From Paramoeba atlantica (taxonomy: Eukaryota; Protista; Discosea), in the NCBI GenBank assembly GCA_977017575.1, contig CDRNVI010000011.1, positions 186,001 through 250,000 on the forward strand: DNA of 64,000 nucleotides, written 5' to 3'. Positions 10,563 to 19,780 of this stretch are shown here, one piece after another. The notes beneath the pieces were generated by a model. The model was not told the DNA's origin, searched no databases, and saw nothing but the letters and a program-made list of their open reading frames with translations. The translations under genes were made by a program, and so were the position numbers. Within the stretch, counting starts at the first letter, position 1; each line of letters begins with the position of its first letter.

Positions 10563-12827
10563 ATGTTACATCGTAATGTAGTAGATCGTCTGCGCAAAGC
10601 ATCACTCAAACTGTTCTCAAGCCTTCCTGGAGATCCGAAAAATTCGCATTCACTTGTACACAGTGCAAATGAACCATCGGGAAGCAGCGACGAGCTTTCT
10701 TGCCATTCATCACATTTGCCTCGAATTGCGGGTGATTCTTCACTCGGATTATGGAAAGCAGCTTTAGACAAGAATTGGTACGGCGCCCTAAGAATTTACT
10801 CTAGCCTTCCGTTTCAAAAGCAAATCGACCGAAAAACTCTAACATTTATTTTGAATTCGTCCAAAAGGTCGTGGACACATGCTTGTCGCATCATTCAGCA
10901 TGTTCACAATGTTCTCCACGTTGAATATGAGGCAGAGAAATTAGAAATGATACTCGCGGAAATATATCGTGTGGATCAAGGGTGGTGGTGCAATCCCAAA
11001 TCTGTTGAAACAAGGTGTCAAACTATTAAACAAATTTTCAATACTATTATCAGACTGCGAAACGACGGGAAAACTCAACATTTAAAGGGAAATACAATTA
11101 AGCACGCGGTTACATCCCTTGCTGACTGGTGTGATGCACTGCAACTATTTCAGAATACGATTCTTACGGCAACTGATGTTGCCCCTAATCACTTCTTTCC
11201 AGCTGTAAGGTGGATTGAACACGCGCGAAACAGAGGATGTCAGAAGTCCGAGGGGCAAATTCAAGCTTTACATTCTTTACTAAACCAGTGTTGCGTCCGC
11301 AACAGATTGCTTCTACGCGGAGACAATGCTTGCAATCTCTACGAGCGACTTGTAAGATCCTACGCGCGCTACGGAAGCTGGGCAGAAATGCTTAATGTTA
11401 TTAGTAAAATGGATGTAGATTCGACTCCAAGCTGGCGAATGCTAGTGCCAACCGCTCCCACTTTTTTTGTTACGTGGGCTCTCTTAGTACGCCATCGACT
11501 CCTTGTAATGGCCCGCCGCGTCATGGAGATTTATACTAAGCTTTATCCTAATACAAGGTGGAGTTCAATTACGTCGGCACCAGATGTATCATTTGCTGCT
11601 CGAATGCTAATGCACACAACTGCACCTCTCTCCGCCTCCATTAGATTTGAACGTGAACCATGTTCTCACCGCATTATTTCACACCAGGAGAAGGCTTTGT
11701 ACCGCCGAGATAATACATGGATACATGTAAAAGATTTTTACAGGTATCATGTTGAGCGTTTCAAGATAGAATCGGAAGCCGCGCATTTACGAATGCATAT
11801 TTCTCTCAATACTAATTATATTTTTTCAGTCCTTACTAGGACGGCTCATCTTCAGTTTTCAGTATTTTTTGCCGCTCAACCTTTATTGCACGAAGATTGC
11901 TGGAGGCTTGCGTTATCAGCTTTTGTAAGAGGAACGCCGATGGAATCGACAAAATCTATTATAAGTGACACTACTGAATTTCTAGCTGAACAAGAAAAAT
12001 TTTCTGAACTTTGCCAACGATTAGCAGTGCTGATGACAAGATATTCCTCGCCTTTTCCTAAATCCATACAGAGAAACTTCTTCCTTTATTTAAGCAGAAA
12101 ATCGCCTCTCACTTCGTATGCAGTTGCTGCTGTATATGCTAGAGCCGCCTCTCTATCAGAAGCATGGGAAGATGCTCTCACATACTACTATATTTCCCTT
12201 AGCAGGCCTTTGCAGTTCGTTCGTGAGTCAGATTCCGCACAACGTGCAGTACTGCCCATTCATGTTCTAAACTCGTGTTTGATGCATGGACAATGGTCCA
12301 AGGCTTGCAAAGTTTATGGTGATACTATGCACTCGCTTTCAAAGCATGTTACCTTAGCCTCACCGGCCGCAGAATACATTTACACGAAAGAGACAAGTAC
12401 ATTAAACACTAAAATGATGTCCTCAAAATTAGGCAGTGGCATTACTCAAGAATTTGTGATTTTATTGCTGCGACGTAGAATACATATGCTTCACCTTGAG
12501 CGGTCCAGCTTGAACCAACCAAGTGAAACTGGACTTCCTGAAATAATTGTCACCCTGCTGCAAACTCACTCGAAAGTAAATGATCTAGCTAAGCAATTGC
12601 TAGAGGAATGCATAGAGCTTGAAAGAGATGAGTCCCATAGGCAGAAACTAAGCCAATGTTTGAGCATTTTCGGGATTATTGCTGAATATCGAACAAAGAA
12701 CCCCAAAGTCACCCAGTCTGTGAATGTTCACGGTACACCCAATGCCTTGGATGCGAAGCAACCCCCCAAGAGATACTCGAACACGGCACACTCTAGGAAT
12801 ATCCAAATACAGCTTACGCTTACGTGA
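10563..12827 (+). CDS. Hypothetical helical-repeat (PPR-like) protein, possibly mitochondrial
   Basis: 756-aa ORF with PPR-like segments (YERLVRSYARYGSWAEMLNVISKM; LNSCLMHGQWSKACKVY) and an Arg/Ser-rich N-terminus. Confidence 0.4.
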   Translation: MLHRNVVDRLRKASLKLFSSLPGDPKNSHSLVHSANEPSGSSDELSCHSSHLPRIAGDSSLGLWKAALDKNWYGALRIYSSLPFQKQIDRKTLTFILNSSKRSWTHACRIIQHVHNVLHVEYEAEKLEMILAEIYRVDQGWWCNPKSVETRCQTIKQIFNTIIRLRNDGKTQHLKGNTIKHAVTSLADWCDALQLFQNTILTATDVAPNHFFPAVRWIEHARNRGCQKSEGQIQALHSLLNQCCVRNRLLLRGDNACNLYERLVRSYARYGSWAEMLNVISKMDVDSTPSWRMLVPTAPTFFVTWALLVRHRLLVMARRVMEIYTKLYPNTRWSSITSAPDVSFAARMLMHTTAPLSASIRFEREPCSHRIISHQEKALYRRDNTWIHVKDFYRYHVERFKIESEAAHLRMHISLNTNYIFSVLTRTAHLQFSVFFAAQPLLHEDCWRLALSAFVRGTPMESTKSIISDTTEFLAEQEKFSELCQRLAVLMTRYSSPFPKSIQRNFFLYLSRKSPLTSYAVAAVYARAASLSEAWEDALTYYYISLSRPLQFVRESDSAQRAVLPIHVLNSCLMHGQWSKACKVYGDTMHSLSKHVTLASPAAEYIYTKETSTLNTKMMSSKLGSGITQEFVILLLRRRIHMLHLERSSLNQPSETGLPEIIVTLLQTHSKVNDLAKQLLEECIELERDESHRQKLSQCLSIFGIIAEYRTKNPKVTQSVNVHGTPNALDAKQPPKRYSNTAHSRNIQIQLTLT

Positions 12828-13035
12828 GTCTTCTTAGAGCAGAGAAGTGCACCTTTTTTCCTAATCGTTTCATATTCAAATAAGGTCACACTAGTGTAAC
12901 CTCACTGTTTCCAGAAAAGCCTTGAAAATACATAATATTCAAGAGTAGCAGATGTTCTTGAATGGATAAGGCTTAACACCTGAACAACATTTTCGTTCTT
13001 AGTCATATTTACATTTATTTTTCGCTTGCATCAAC

Positions 13036-14154
13036 ATGGAAGACGAACTCAACTGCTTTTTCGGCGCTCAGGTAGAACCCGGAGTAGAGTTCAAAACAAC
13101 CCCCAAGATCGGATTCCTCCACGTGAGTCAGGCGGCATTGGCGGGTGATTCTGAAAAGTCCGGGAATGTTACGCTCTACATCACCGTCCAAGGCAAACAA
13201 TTCGCCCTAGGGACGCTCTGCTCGAAGCATGGCAACTTCCAAATGGCCCTTGACCTCAATTTCATGCCCGACCAGGAAGTGAAATTCACAGCCAAAGGGG
13301 ACAAACTCAAAATCCATCTCACCGGATATTATGAAATGGACGACATGGATGATATGGACGACCTCGAGGACGACGAAGACGACGAGAGTCTGGAGGAGGT
13401 GCCAGCGAAAAAGGCTCTGGAAGCGGTTAAAGTCTCAAAGACTGTTGTGGATAAAGTGGGGATTAAGACGGTGCCTGTGAAGACCTCACCCTCCGCTCCC
13501 CCTGCGGCCGTGAAGCCTTCTTCTGCCTCACCCGCGCTGGCCTCGAAAGCTGCCCCTAAGCTCGATGAAGATGATGAAGACGACGAAGAGTCGGACGATG
13601 AGGAAGACGAGATGATGGAAGAAGACATGGACATGGATGATGACAGCGAGGAGGAGGAAGACGACGAGGAGGAGGAAGAGAACATGGGGGAAGGAGAGGA
13701 GGACGAAGAAGATGACGACGAAGAGGAGGATGAGGACGACGATGAAGAGGACGACGAAGAGGACGAGGTTCCGGTGAAGAAACCCAAGTTCGACCCTTCC
13801 GCAAAGCACGGGGAGAAGTCGAACAAGCCCCAAGGTGGCCAACGCCAGGAGTTTCCTAACCGTCCCTCCCATGGTGGAACCCCGCAGAATAGGCCGTTTT
13901 CCCCCGGCCAGCAAGGTAGCGGGGGACGCCAGCATGGCAGCGGGGGTCACTTCAAGCCAGGGGGTCACACCCCCCAGCAGGGAGGTCGACACAGCGGTGG
14001 GGGTTTCCAGCAGCAGCGTAACAGCTTCGGGGGAGGAGGTGGCAACCGAGGAGGTCAGTTCAGCCGAGGTGGTGGCCGCGGGGGCAACTTCCGTGGGGGG
14101 AGAGGCGGGGGCCGCGGCGGACGCGGAGGTGGTGGCTTTCGTGGAAAGTTTTAA
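13036..14154 (+). CDS. Nucleoplasmin-like (NPL) histone chaperone / nucleolar protein with acidic tract and RGG tail
   Basis: N-terminal FFG..V.PG..LHVSQAAL..LGTL..Q..LDL.F..V.F..G..IHLTGY domain, long D/E tract and Gly/Arg-rich C-terminus. Confidence 0.85.
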   Translation: MEDELNCFFGAQVEPGVEFKTTPKIGFLHVSQAALAGDSEKSGNVTLYITVQGKQFALGTLCSKHGNFQMALDLNFMPDQEVKFTAKGDKLKIHLTGYYEMDDMDDMDDLEDDEDDESLEEVPAKKALEAVKVSKTVVDKVGIKTVPVKTSPSAPPAAVKPSSASPALASKAAPKLDEDDEDDEESDDEEDEMMEEDMDMDDDSEEEEDDEEEEENMGEGEEDEEDDDEEEDEDDDEEDDEEDEVPVKKPKFDPSAKHGEKSNKPQGGQRQEFPNRPSHGGTPQNRPFSPGQQGSGGRQHGSGGHFKPGGHTPQQGGRHSGGGFQQQRNSFGGGGGNRGGQFSRGGGRGGNFRGGRGGGRGGRGGGGFRGKF

Positions 14155-14669
14155 GGCAGATGATCTTTGAAAGATGAGCCGAAAGAAAGCATTATTTTTT
14201 ATCCCTTAGGATGCTGTCGCTTGGCGGAGTTGAAGTTATTCAAGTGGAACATAAAACACGTGAAATGAACAGAGAAGATTGAAGGTGAAAGACAGGAATG
14301 GGCGCCAGGACTTGTTTCGAATCATATATTGATAAGGTAAATATCCTATGTAAAGCAGGAAGGCAAGAGCTTTTTGATTCTTATACTCATTACCAATGCT
14401 AAAAATTACTAATAGATTAATCTTTTTTTATACAAAGGACCTTGTACCAAGTAACTCCCCATACGAATTAAGTTGCCAAATATGGCAATGCGGAAATCTA
14501 CCAAAAAAAGTGAATCAGTAGTTTCTTGCAATTGTATCTTACGTGAGTAATGAAATATCGCAATTATTTAACCGTTTAATCGAGTAGTGTAGAAATAAGA
14601 TGGTCCTGCGCGCAAAAATCTTTTTTTCTGGTATTTACCTTTCCGTGTGGCTCAACCCAGGCTGAGCAA

Positions 14670-16943
14670 GTGACAACGTCAAATCTTTGGCGACTTGAAT
14701 ATTTCTTTGAAGGTTCTGACAGAGCTTTGCACATCATGTCATCTGAGACGCTGCGACATTGCCTTGATCTGGCGAGCACAGGCAATATGGATAGGTATGC
14801 AGCGACTCATATGCTACATCATCATTGGCGTGAGCGTTCCTCTTTTACAGTAGAATTATGGGGTCCCAATGGGAGTGGCAAGAATGCGCAGCTCGAAGTG
14901 TGGTGCGACCAGATATCGAAATACGCGCATTCTTATGAGGGCAATATTAACAAGCGATACTGGGGCCCGAAACGGACTTACTTCTTGAAGTTTGACAACA
15001 GTGACTACCCCCGAAACATCAGCGTCCGTGATTACACACATAGATTTTTTCAGCATCTATTGAAAGTGCTCGGTTCAACTTTCTTTTCTGACTCGTCCTC
15101 CTCGGAGACGAATATTTGGCGTGATAGTTCAGACTCTGAAAGCACAACTCCTTCTTCCGTACTTTGTTCATCTAGTGAAGTAGAAACCATATCACCTGAA
15201 CACATGGAAGGTCACGAATCGTCAGAATTTTTAAACGAGTCCTCTTTACGCATTAAGTTGCGCAAGCGCAGAAAACAAGTTTGCCGAAAGAAAATAAATT
15301 TTGGCTTGAATGCATTTAAGGAGCCCGACCTTTCAGATGACGATTTTGGGGGACTGAGCGATTGTTCTACTAATTCGCGGTCACAAAGTTCCTGTCACAG
15401 TGATGATCTTTTTGAAAAAGGTCATACGCATACGTTGCGCACTAACTCTGTTGTACGTCGGCTTGTTGCAATCCTCGAAAGAATTTTCATCAACGGAGAG
15501 ATGATAGTGATTTGTCTTAGTCGTATGGACTTGTGTCTATCCGCTTCTCAAAAGATTTTGTACGGGATTCTTACACATATGGCAGATGCCTCCTCTTCAG
15601 TTTTGCTGATAACAACCGTTCTTCACACGAAGTCGCTTTCGTTTGAGAAGCGTATTTACAGCCGGTATAATCCTTTTCATGTAGCAATGTTTTCGAAGGT
15701 TGACGTTGCCAATTTATCTAGTGCTTTAAATCTTCTTCTTCCTCAGCAGAAAATACCATCAAATTCAACTTGTATTGCAGCTTCTCAAACCGCAGAAAGC
15801 CTAACAGATTCCTTACAGAAAGCTATCGATTCGGGTCAAGGATTTTCTCTACTTCAGCATTGCGCTGATAATGCCCGTTCTTTTTCGGAGATTTGTTCAG
15901 AACAACCTTTATTAGCAGGAAATAATAGGAGAAACAAATCAAAAAACTCGAAGTTTCTTGTAGTACGAAGAGTAGAATCCAATGAAAAAGAATTTTCCGC
16001 GTCACGCACGACCCACACTGTTTCTAGTTCTTTGGTTGCCCTTCTGGATCCAGGTTTTCGCTCTTTATCTTCCATTTCCCTCCCGAGATTGCAGGAATCG
16101 GTGATTGGTGGCGCACCTGTTCAGTTGCTTTGCCATCTTTCATCTTGGATAAATCGAGTACGCAAAGCTGTTTATGACTGCATTATATTAGCTGCTGCTG
16201 CTGTCCTTTCATGGGAGCAAGCAGAGGCTCACTACCACAAACACACTGTTGCTCCTGCATCATCTTCAAAGGATACCCTGCCAAGTTTCACCCATGCGTC
16301 ACGGAGCGCACGTGTCCCAATGCAAGGCGCGTTGAAGTCGCCTCCTCTCCCATTTAGTTCCATGTGCTTCACCTCTTGCTCTGTGTTGCGAATTATTGCA
16401 AGTCGCGACGGGGGTATGTTCCCTATGTGTGCCCCTTCCTTTTTAGACAGTATCGTCACCGAGGGCAAAGGAGATGAAAGGGGTGAGTATCATTCATCGG
16501 ATTCTGTTTTGTTTAGTGCGACATGGGACGAATGGATTCATGCAGCCCTCAGAGATGTAGAAAATGGGGAAAAGCATACACTACACTCCTCACATGGTCA
16601 TTCTTCTCAGTTCAATATGTGGTATGAATCTCTAGGACGCCTGACGACTGAGCTCGGACTTCTTTCACATTTCACAGGTACCCTTTTATTTTTAACTCTT
16701 CCACCTACCCAGACAACCAGCTTAGTAGTCACTAGGCTCTCTAATATAGTGAGTCATGTTGAAGCGCAGCACGAGGCGTGGTGTGCTTCGAGATACAGGC
16801 CTCTAGAAGATGTGAGTGAGAATGATCGTACTCAACTATTTACCCGGCGCCTTGTATCGGGAGTTTTAGCGGATGTAAAAGAGGTACAAAAGCGATTTGT
16901 TATGCACTCAGAGAGTACTATTAATCGAATGCAGCAACTCTAG
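14670..16943 (+). CDS. ORC4: Divergent origin recognition complex subunit 4-like AAA+ protein
   Basis: Walker A-like GPNGSGK, then SQKILYGIL..VLLIT..SFEKRIYSRY matching the ORC4 QTLLYNLFD..LEKRVKSRF region. Long Ser-rich insertion. Track start is GTG; first ATG at 14736. Confidence 0.65.
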   Translation: MTTSNLWRLEYFFEGSDRALHIMSSETLRHCLDLASTGNMDRYAATHMLHHHWRERSSFTVELWGPNGSGKNAQLEVWCDQISKYAHSYEGNINKRYWGPKRTYFLKFDNSDYPRNISVRDYTHRFFQHLLKVLGSTFFSDSSSSETNIWRDSSDSESTTPSSVLCSSSEVETISPEHMEGHESSEFLNESSLRIKLRKRRKQVCRKKINFGLNAFKEPDLSDDDFGGLSDCSTNSRSQSSCHSDDLFEKGHTHTLRTNSVVRRLVAILERIFINGEMIVICLSRMDLCLSASQKILYGILTHMADASSSVLLITTVLHTKSLSFEKRIYSRYNPFHVAMFSKVDVANLSSALNLLLPQQKIPSNSTCIAASQTAESLTDSLQKAIDSGQGFSLLQHCADNARSFSEICSEQPLLAGNNRRNKSKNSKFLVVRRVESNEKEFSASRTTHTVSSSLVALLDPGFRSLSSISLPRLQESVIGGAPVQLLCHLSSWINRVRKAVYDCIILAAAAVLSWEQAEAHYHKHTVAPASSSKDTLPSFTHASRSARVPMQGALKSPPLPFSSMCFTSCSVLRIIASRDGGMFPMCAPSFLDSIVTEGKGDERGEYHSSDSVLFSATWDEWIHAALRDVENGEKHTLHSSHGHSSQFNMWYESLGRLTTELGLLSHFTGTLLFLTLPPTQTTSLVVTRLSNIVSHVEAQHEAWCASRYRPLEDVSENDRTQLFTRRLVSGVLADVKEVQKRFVMHSESTINRMQQL

Positions 16944-16955
16944 TTATTCTTTTTA

Positions 16956-17711
16956 CACCCCTGTCCATCTTCATTTACCCCCCCCCTACAGGTCCTATAG
17001 TTTCTTCGATTTTGGAAATATTTAGCGTGCGACTGTTTTTCGACCCAATCGTCTCGAATCCGCCGTCCTTTTCATGATTGGAAAAAACAAATTACTAAAA
17101 TGACATGACAATTTTTGAGGGGGTACACTTTTTTTTCTAATTTTTTTCATATTCTTGGGAAATTTTTTATGCTTTTAAAAGTATAAATCGTGCTTGGATA
17201 ACGCAAAAATGACGCTAGATATGTATTCAATATCCAATATGGCAACCTTTCTTTTCTATCACAAACTGAAGTCGTTTGCGACAGTTTTTGAATGGATTTC
17301 TTAATTCGTCAACATGTTCTCCTGTTAAAAGGTCGGATGTTTGAAACATAGCGTCTCGTATTTCGTGTCTATTCTTTCTATCTAAAGCGCGCAAGGATTA
17401 TAGTTCCTACCGTGCTATGATCAGGGTTCGACTTTCCGGTGGATTACGCTGATTTGGGAGAAGAGGAAGCCAGTTATCTCTTGGCCATTAAGGAAAAAAC
17501 TGAAAATAATGAATTTTTTAGGGTAGGCAAAACAAAATCGGGTTTTTCGACAAAAATTTTAAGGCCTCGGAGGAAAAAGGATCGCTCGAGTGAAAAGGAC
17601 AGCGGATTCAAGACGATTGGGTCGAAAAACAGTCCCATGCTAAATATTTCCAAAATCAAACAAAATACAAGACCTGTAGGGGGGGGGGGTAAATGAAGCT
17701 GGACAGGGGAG
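16956..17711 (-). mobile_element. Deleted Tc1/mariner-type DNA transposon with long (about 115 bp) imperfect TIRs and TA target duplication
   Basis: TA|CACCCCTGTCCATCTTCATTTACCCC... at left and ...GGGGTAAATGAAGCTGGACAGGGGAG|TA at right. Inverted similarity continues for about 115 bp; internal transposase remnant. Confidence 0.85.
17227..17472 (-). pseudogene. C-terminal remnant of a Tc1/IS630-type transposase
   Basis: One frame with two stops: WLPLLPNQRNPPE...NRHEIRDAMFQ...NCRKRLQFVIEKKGCHIGY*. This resembles LP..SP..NP.E and R+..VI..KG....Y* at Tc1 C-termini. Confidence 0.65.
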
Positions 17712-17751
17712 TATGTCTACTGCTCGGGTTCTTCTTACCATTCTCAATATA

Positions 17752-18450
17752 CCGTATACCCCCCCAGTAAGAGAGATTTGGCCCTTTTTGGGCTGACCCC
17801 CAATAAGAGAGATTTGGATCGAGGGCCCCGCAGGAAGCGTATAGGGGGTAGGGGGTGAGTGTCCGCATGTCGGGGGGCTCGGGGGTAATCCAAATAAGCG
17901 TTTTATCACGTTTTCAGAAGCAAAAATAGAAAAATTGGTCAAAAGGACTTTTTTCCCCCAAAAACTTTTAACTTCGTACTTCCCTTGATAAAATGTACCA
18001 AAAAAGAAAATTTATGAGCTCTACCTTGGTTCCGGTTCTGAGCCTGGACAATAATTTCAAATTCCTTAAACAGCGGATTACAAGAACTCCTCAATTCACA
18101 TCGTACGGTACAGGCTTCTATCATCACGTCATCCAAGATTCCCAACTACAAAAAGTGGTACTGTCATACATTTTACAGCCTGTGCACAGAAAAATGATAG
18201 AGCGGAGTCGTGTAAGTAGCAAAAATACGATGTTTAATCACTCGCTTGGATAATACTGAAATTTTTTTTGAGAAACCACCATGAAAAAATTTAAGTTTTT
18301 TTTTCGGGGGGAAAAAGTCCCCTTTCACCGAAAAAATTGTCTAAAAAGGTGGAAGAAAGGACAAAACTGGCCAAAAAGGTATACCCCCCTAGTAAGAGAG
18401 ATTTGGCCATTTTGACCCAAAACCCATTCTCTTACTGGGGGGGTATACGG
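17752..18450. mobile_element. Non-autonomous TA-flanked element (pogo/Tc2-like CCGTA termini), family A
   Basis: Perfect 23-bp TIR CCGTATACCCCCCCAGTAAGAGA (17752-17774 and 18428-18450), TA on both sides and repeated subterminal A(G/A)TAAGAGAGATTTGG motifs. Confidence 0.9.
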
Positions 18451-18619
18451 TAATTCCCCTCAAGTAAAGCTTTAGTATAGTCTGTGGCATTACTCACAGC
18501 TTCGCAGGTTGCTTTTGTACCTTGTAAATTATAAGTAAGCATAATGTGTTTCATCTTGTAAAATAATTTTTGAGTAATAATTTACTGTTTTTGTATTTAC
18601 ATGTTGTTGGTTTTATGTC

Positions 18620-19150
18620 ATGCTACGTAGCTTGCCATATCTGCCTCTATTCTTCCTGCTTTGTTCGAACTATCATGGCAGTTTGGTCTGTGCAGTAAGT
18701 ATTACCTACCCTCCGTCATTAAGACGCCGACTTGGTTTTGCACCGGCCACTTTCGGATGCCCATATTATACTGCAGGAAGATACACCGGAAGTTATCCGA
18801 TTATATTTTCTTCTCCAAGGTGTGGGTGTGACTCACTAATCGAGAGATCGCACGAAAACAATACGTATAGCGATAAGATAGTTGTAGTTTTCCGAGGGGA
18901 ATGTACATTTGTTACCAAAGCGCAAGTAGTTCAGAAAGCAGGCGGAGTAGGACTTCTGGTCATTGATGAAGACGTTAGGCGCAGTGAAGACCTTATGATA
19001 ATGACTGATGACGGTGACGGTCACAAAGTGCTTATTCCTTCTGCTCGAATATCATTTAGAGACGGACAAAAACTTCGCCGGGTGTACCAAGATTCTCTCA
19101 TCCGTTCTGTTCTTCGTCTTTCGTTGACACATGATATGACATCGGCGTAG
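18620..19150 (+). CDS. Secreted PA (protease-associated) domain protein
   Basis: Signal-peptide-like N-terminus; GC...KIVVVFRGECTFVTKAQVVQKAGGVGLLVID is the PA-domain consensus. Confidence 0.8.
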   Translation: MLRSLPYLPLFFLLCSNYHGSLVCAVSITYPPSLRRRLGFAPATFGCPYYTAGRYTGSYPIIFSSPRCGCDSLIERSHENNTYSDKIVVVFRGECTFVTKAQVVQKAGGVGLLVIDEDVRRSEDLMIMTDDGDGHKVLIPSARISFRDGQKLRRVYQDSLIRSVLRLSLTHDMTSA

Positions 19151-19505
19151 TTATTGTATTCGGATTCTGAATTTGAATACTATCGCTTTCCCTTTATACT
19201 GCCGCCGGTTCGGGGGGTCTTTTTGGGGGAAAGACATTGCGCTTCGCCAAATTTGCATTTCGTCCATCCAAAACCGTACTTGAATCGATGGCATGTTTCC
19301 TCTTTCGCCTTCTCAGACAGGTCGGCTCGAAAAATGGCATGCTCCTCCATCAAACGTAAAACGATATGCTTCATGATCGCTCGCATTCCCTCCAGTTCGC
19401 CCAGGAGGATTTCGCATGAGGAGATACATCATCTATCGATAGGTACAACTGCAGGTCAACTATCTGTCCTGTAGGTACAACGACAGGTAGTATTATATAC
19501 AACTA

Positions 19506-19581
19506 CACCCCCGCTAATATATTTTTTTAAACGGGTGATTTTTCGACTTTTATAATTTTTTATAATTAATTAGCGGAGGTG
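19506..19581. mobile_element. 76-bp mini-MITE with TA target duplication
   Basis: TA|CACCCCCGCTAAT ... ATTAGCGGAGGTG|TA: 12/13-bp inverted termini around an AT-rich core. Confidence 0.6.
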
Positions 19582-19780
19582 TATGCAAGTATGCAACTAT
19601 TACTTCCGAATTATACTGAGTGTAAATTTACATATAAAGTACATTTATTTAGTATGGGGAATGACTAGTTTTCGTCTGAGGCAAGAATTCGTTTCTCTAC
19701 TATGCAACTTTCATGGGCTTCATCATTTTTGAACCTTGAAGCGTCAAATTTCGAATAAACGAATTGTGAGAAAACTTTTA

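Noticed and set aside
13329-13826. Poly-Ser minus-strand ORF and other minus-strand ORFs (e.g. 7255-8019, 26966-27658)
   Set aside because: These are antisense shadows of low-complexity or GC-rich + strand genes, with no independent motifs.
17395-17445. GGTTCGACT resembling a tRNA T-loop/B-box
   Set aside because: No cloverleaf or A-box can be built, and it lies inside the transposase remnant of the Tc1-like element.
19154-19474. 106-aa + strand ORF after the PA-domain gene
   Set aside because: It has a non-ATG start 4 bp after the upstream stop and no motif, so it is probably 3' UTR.
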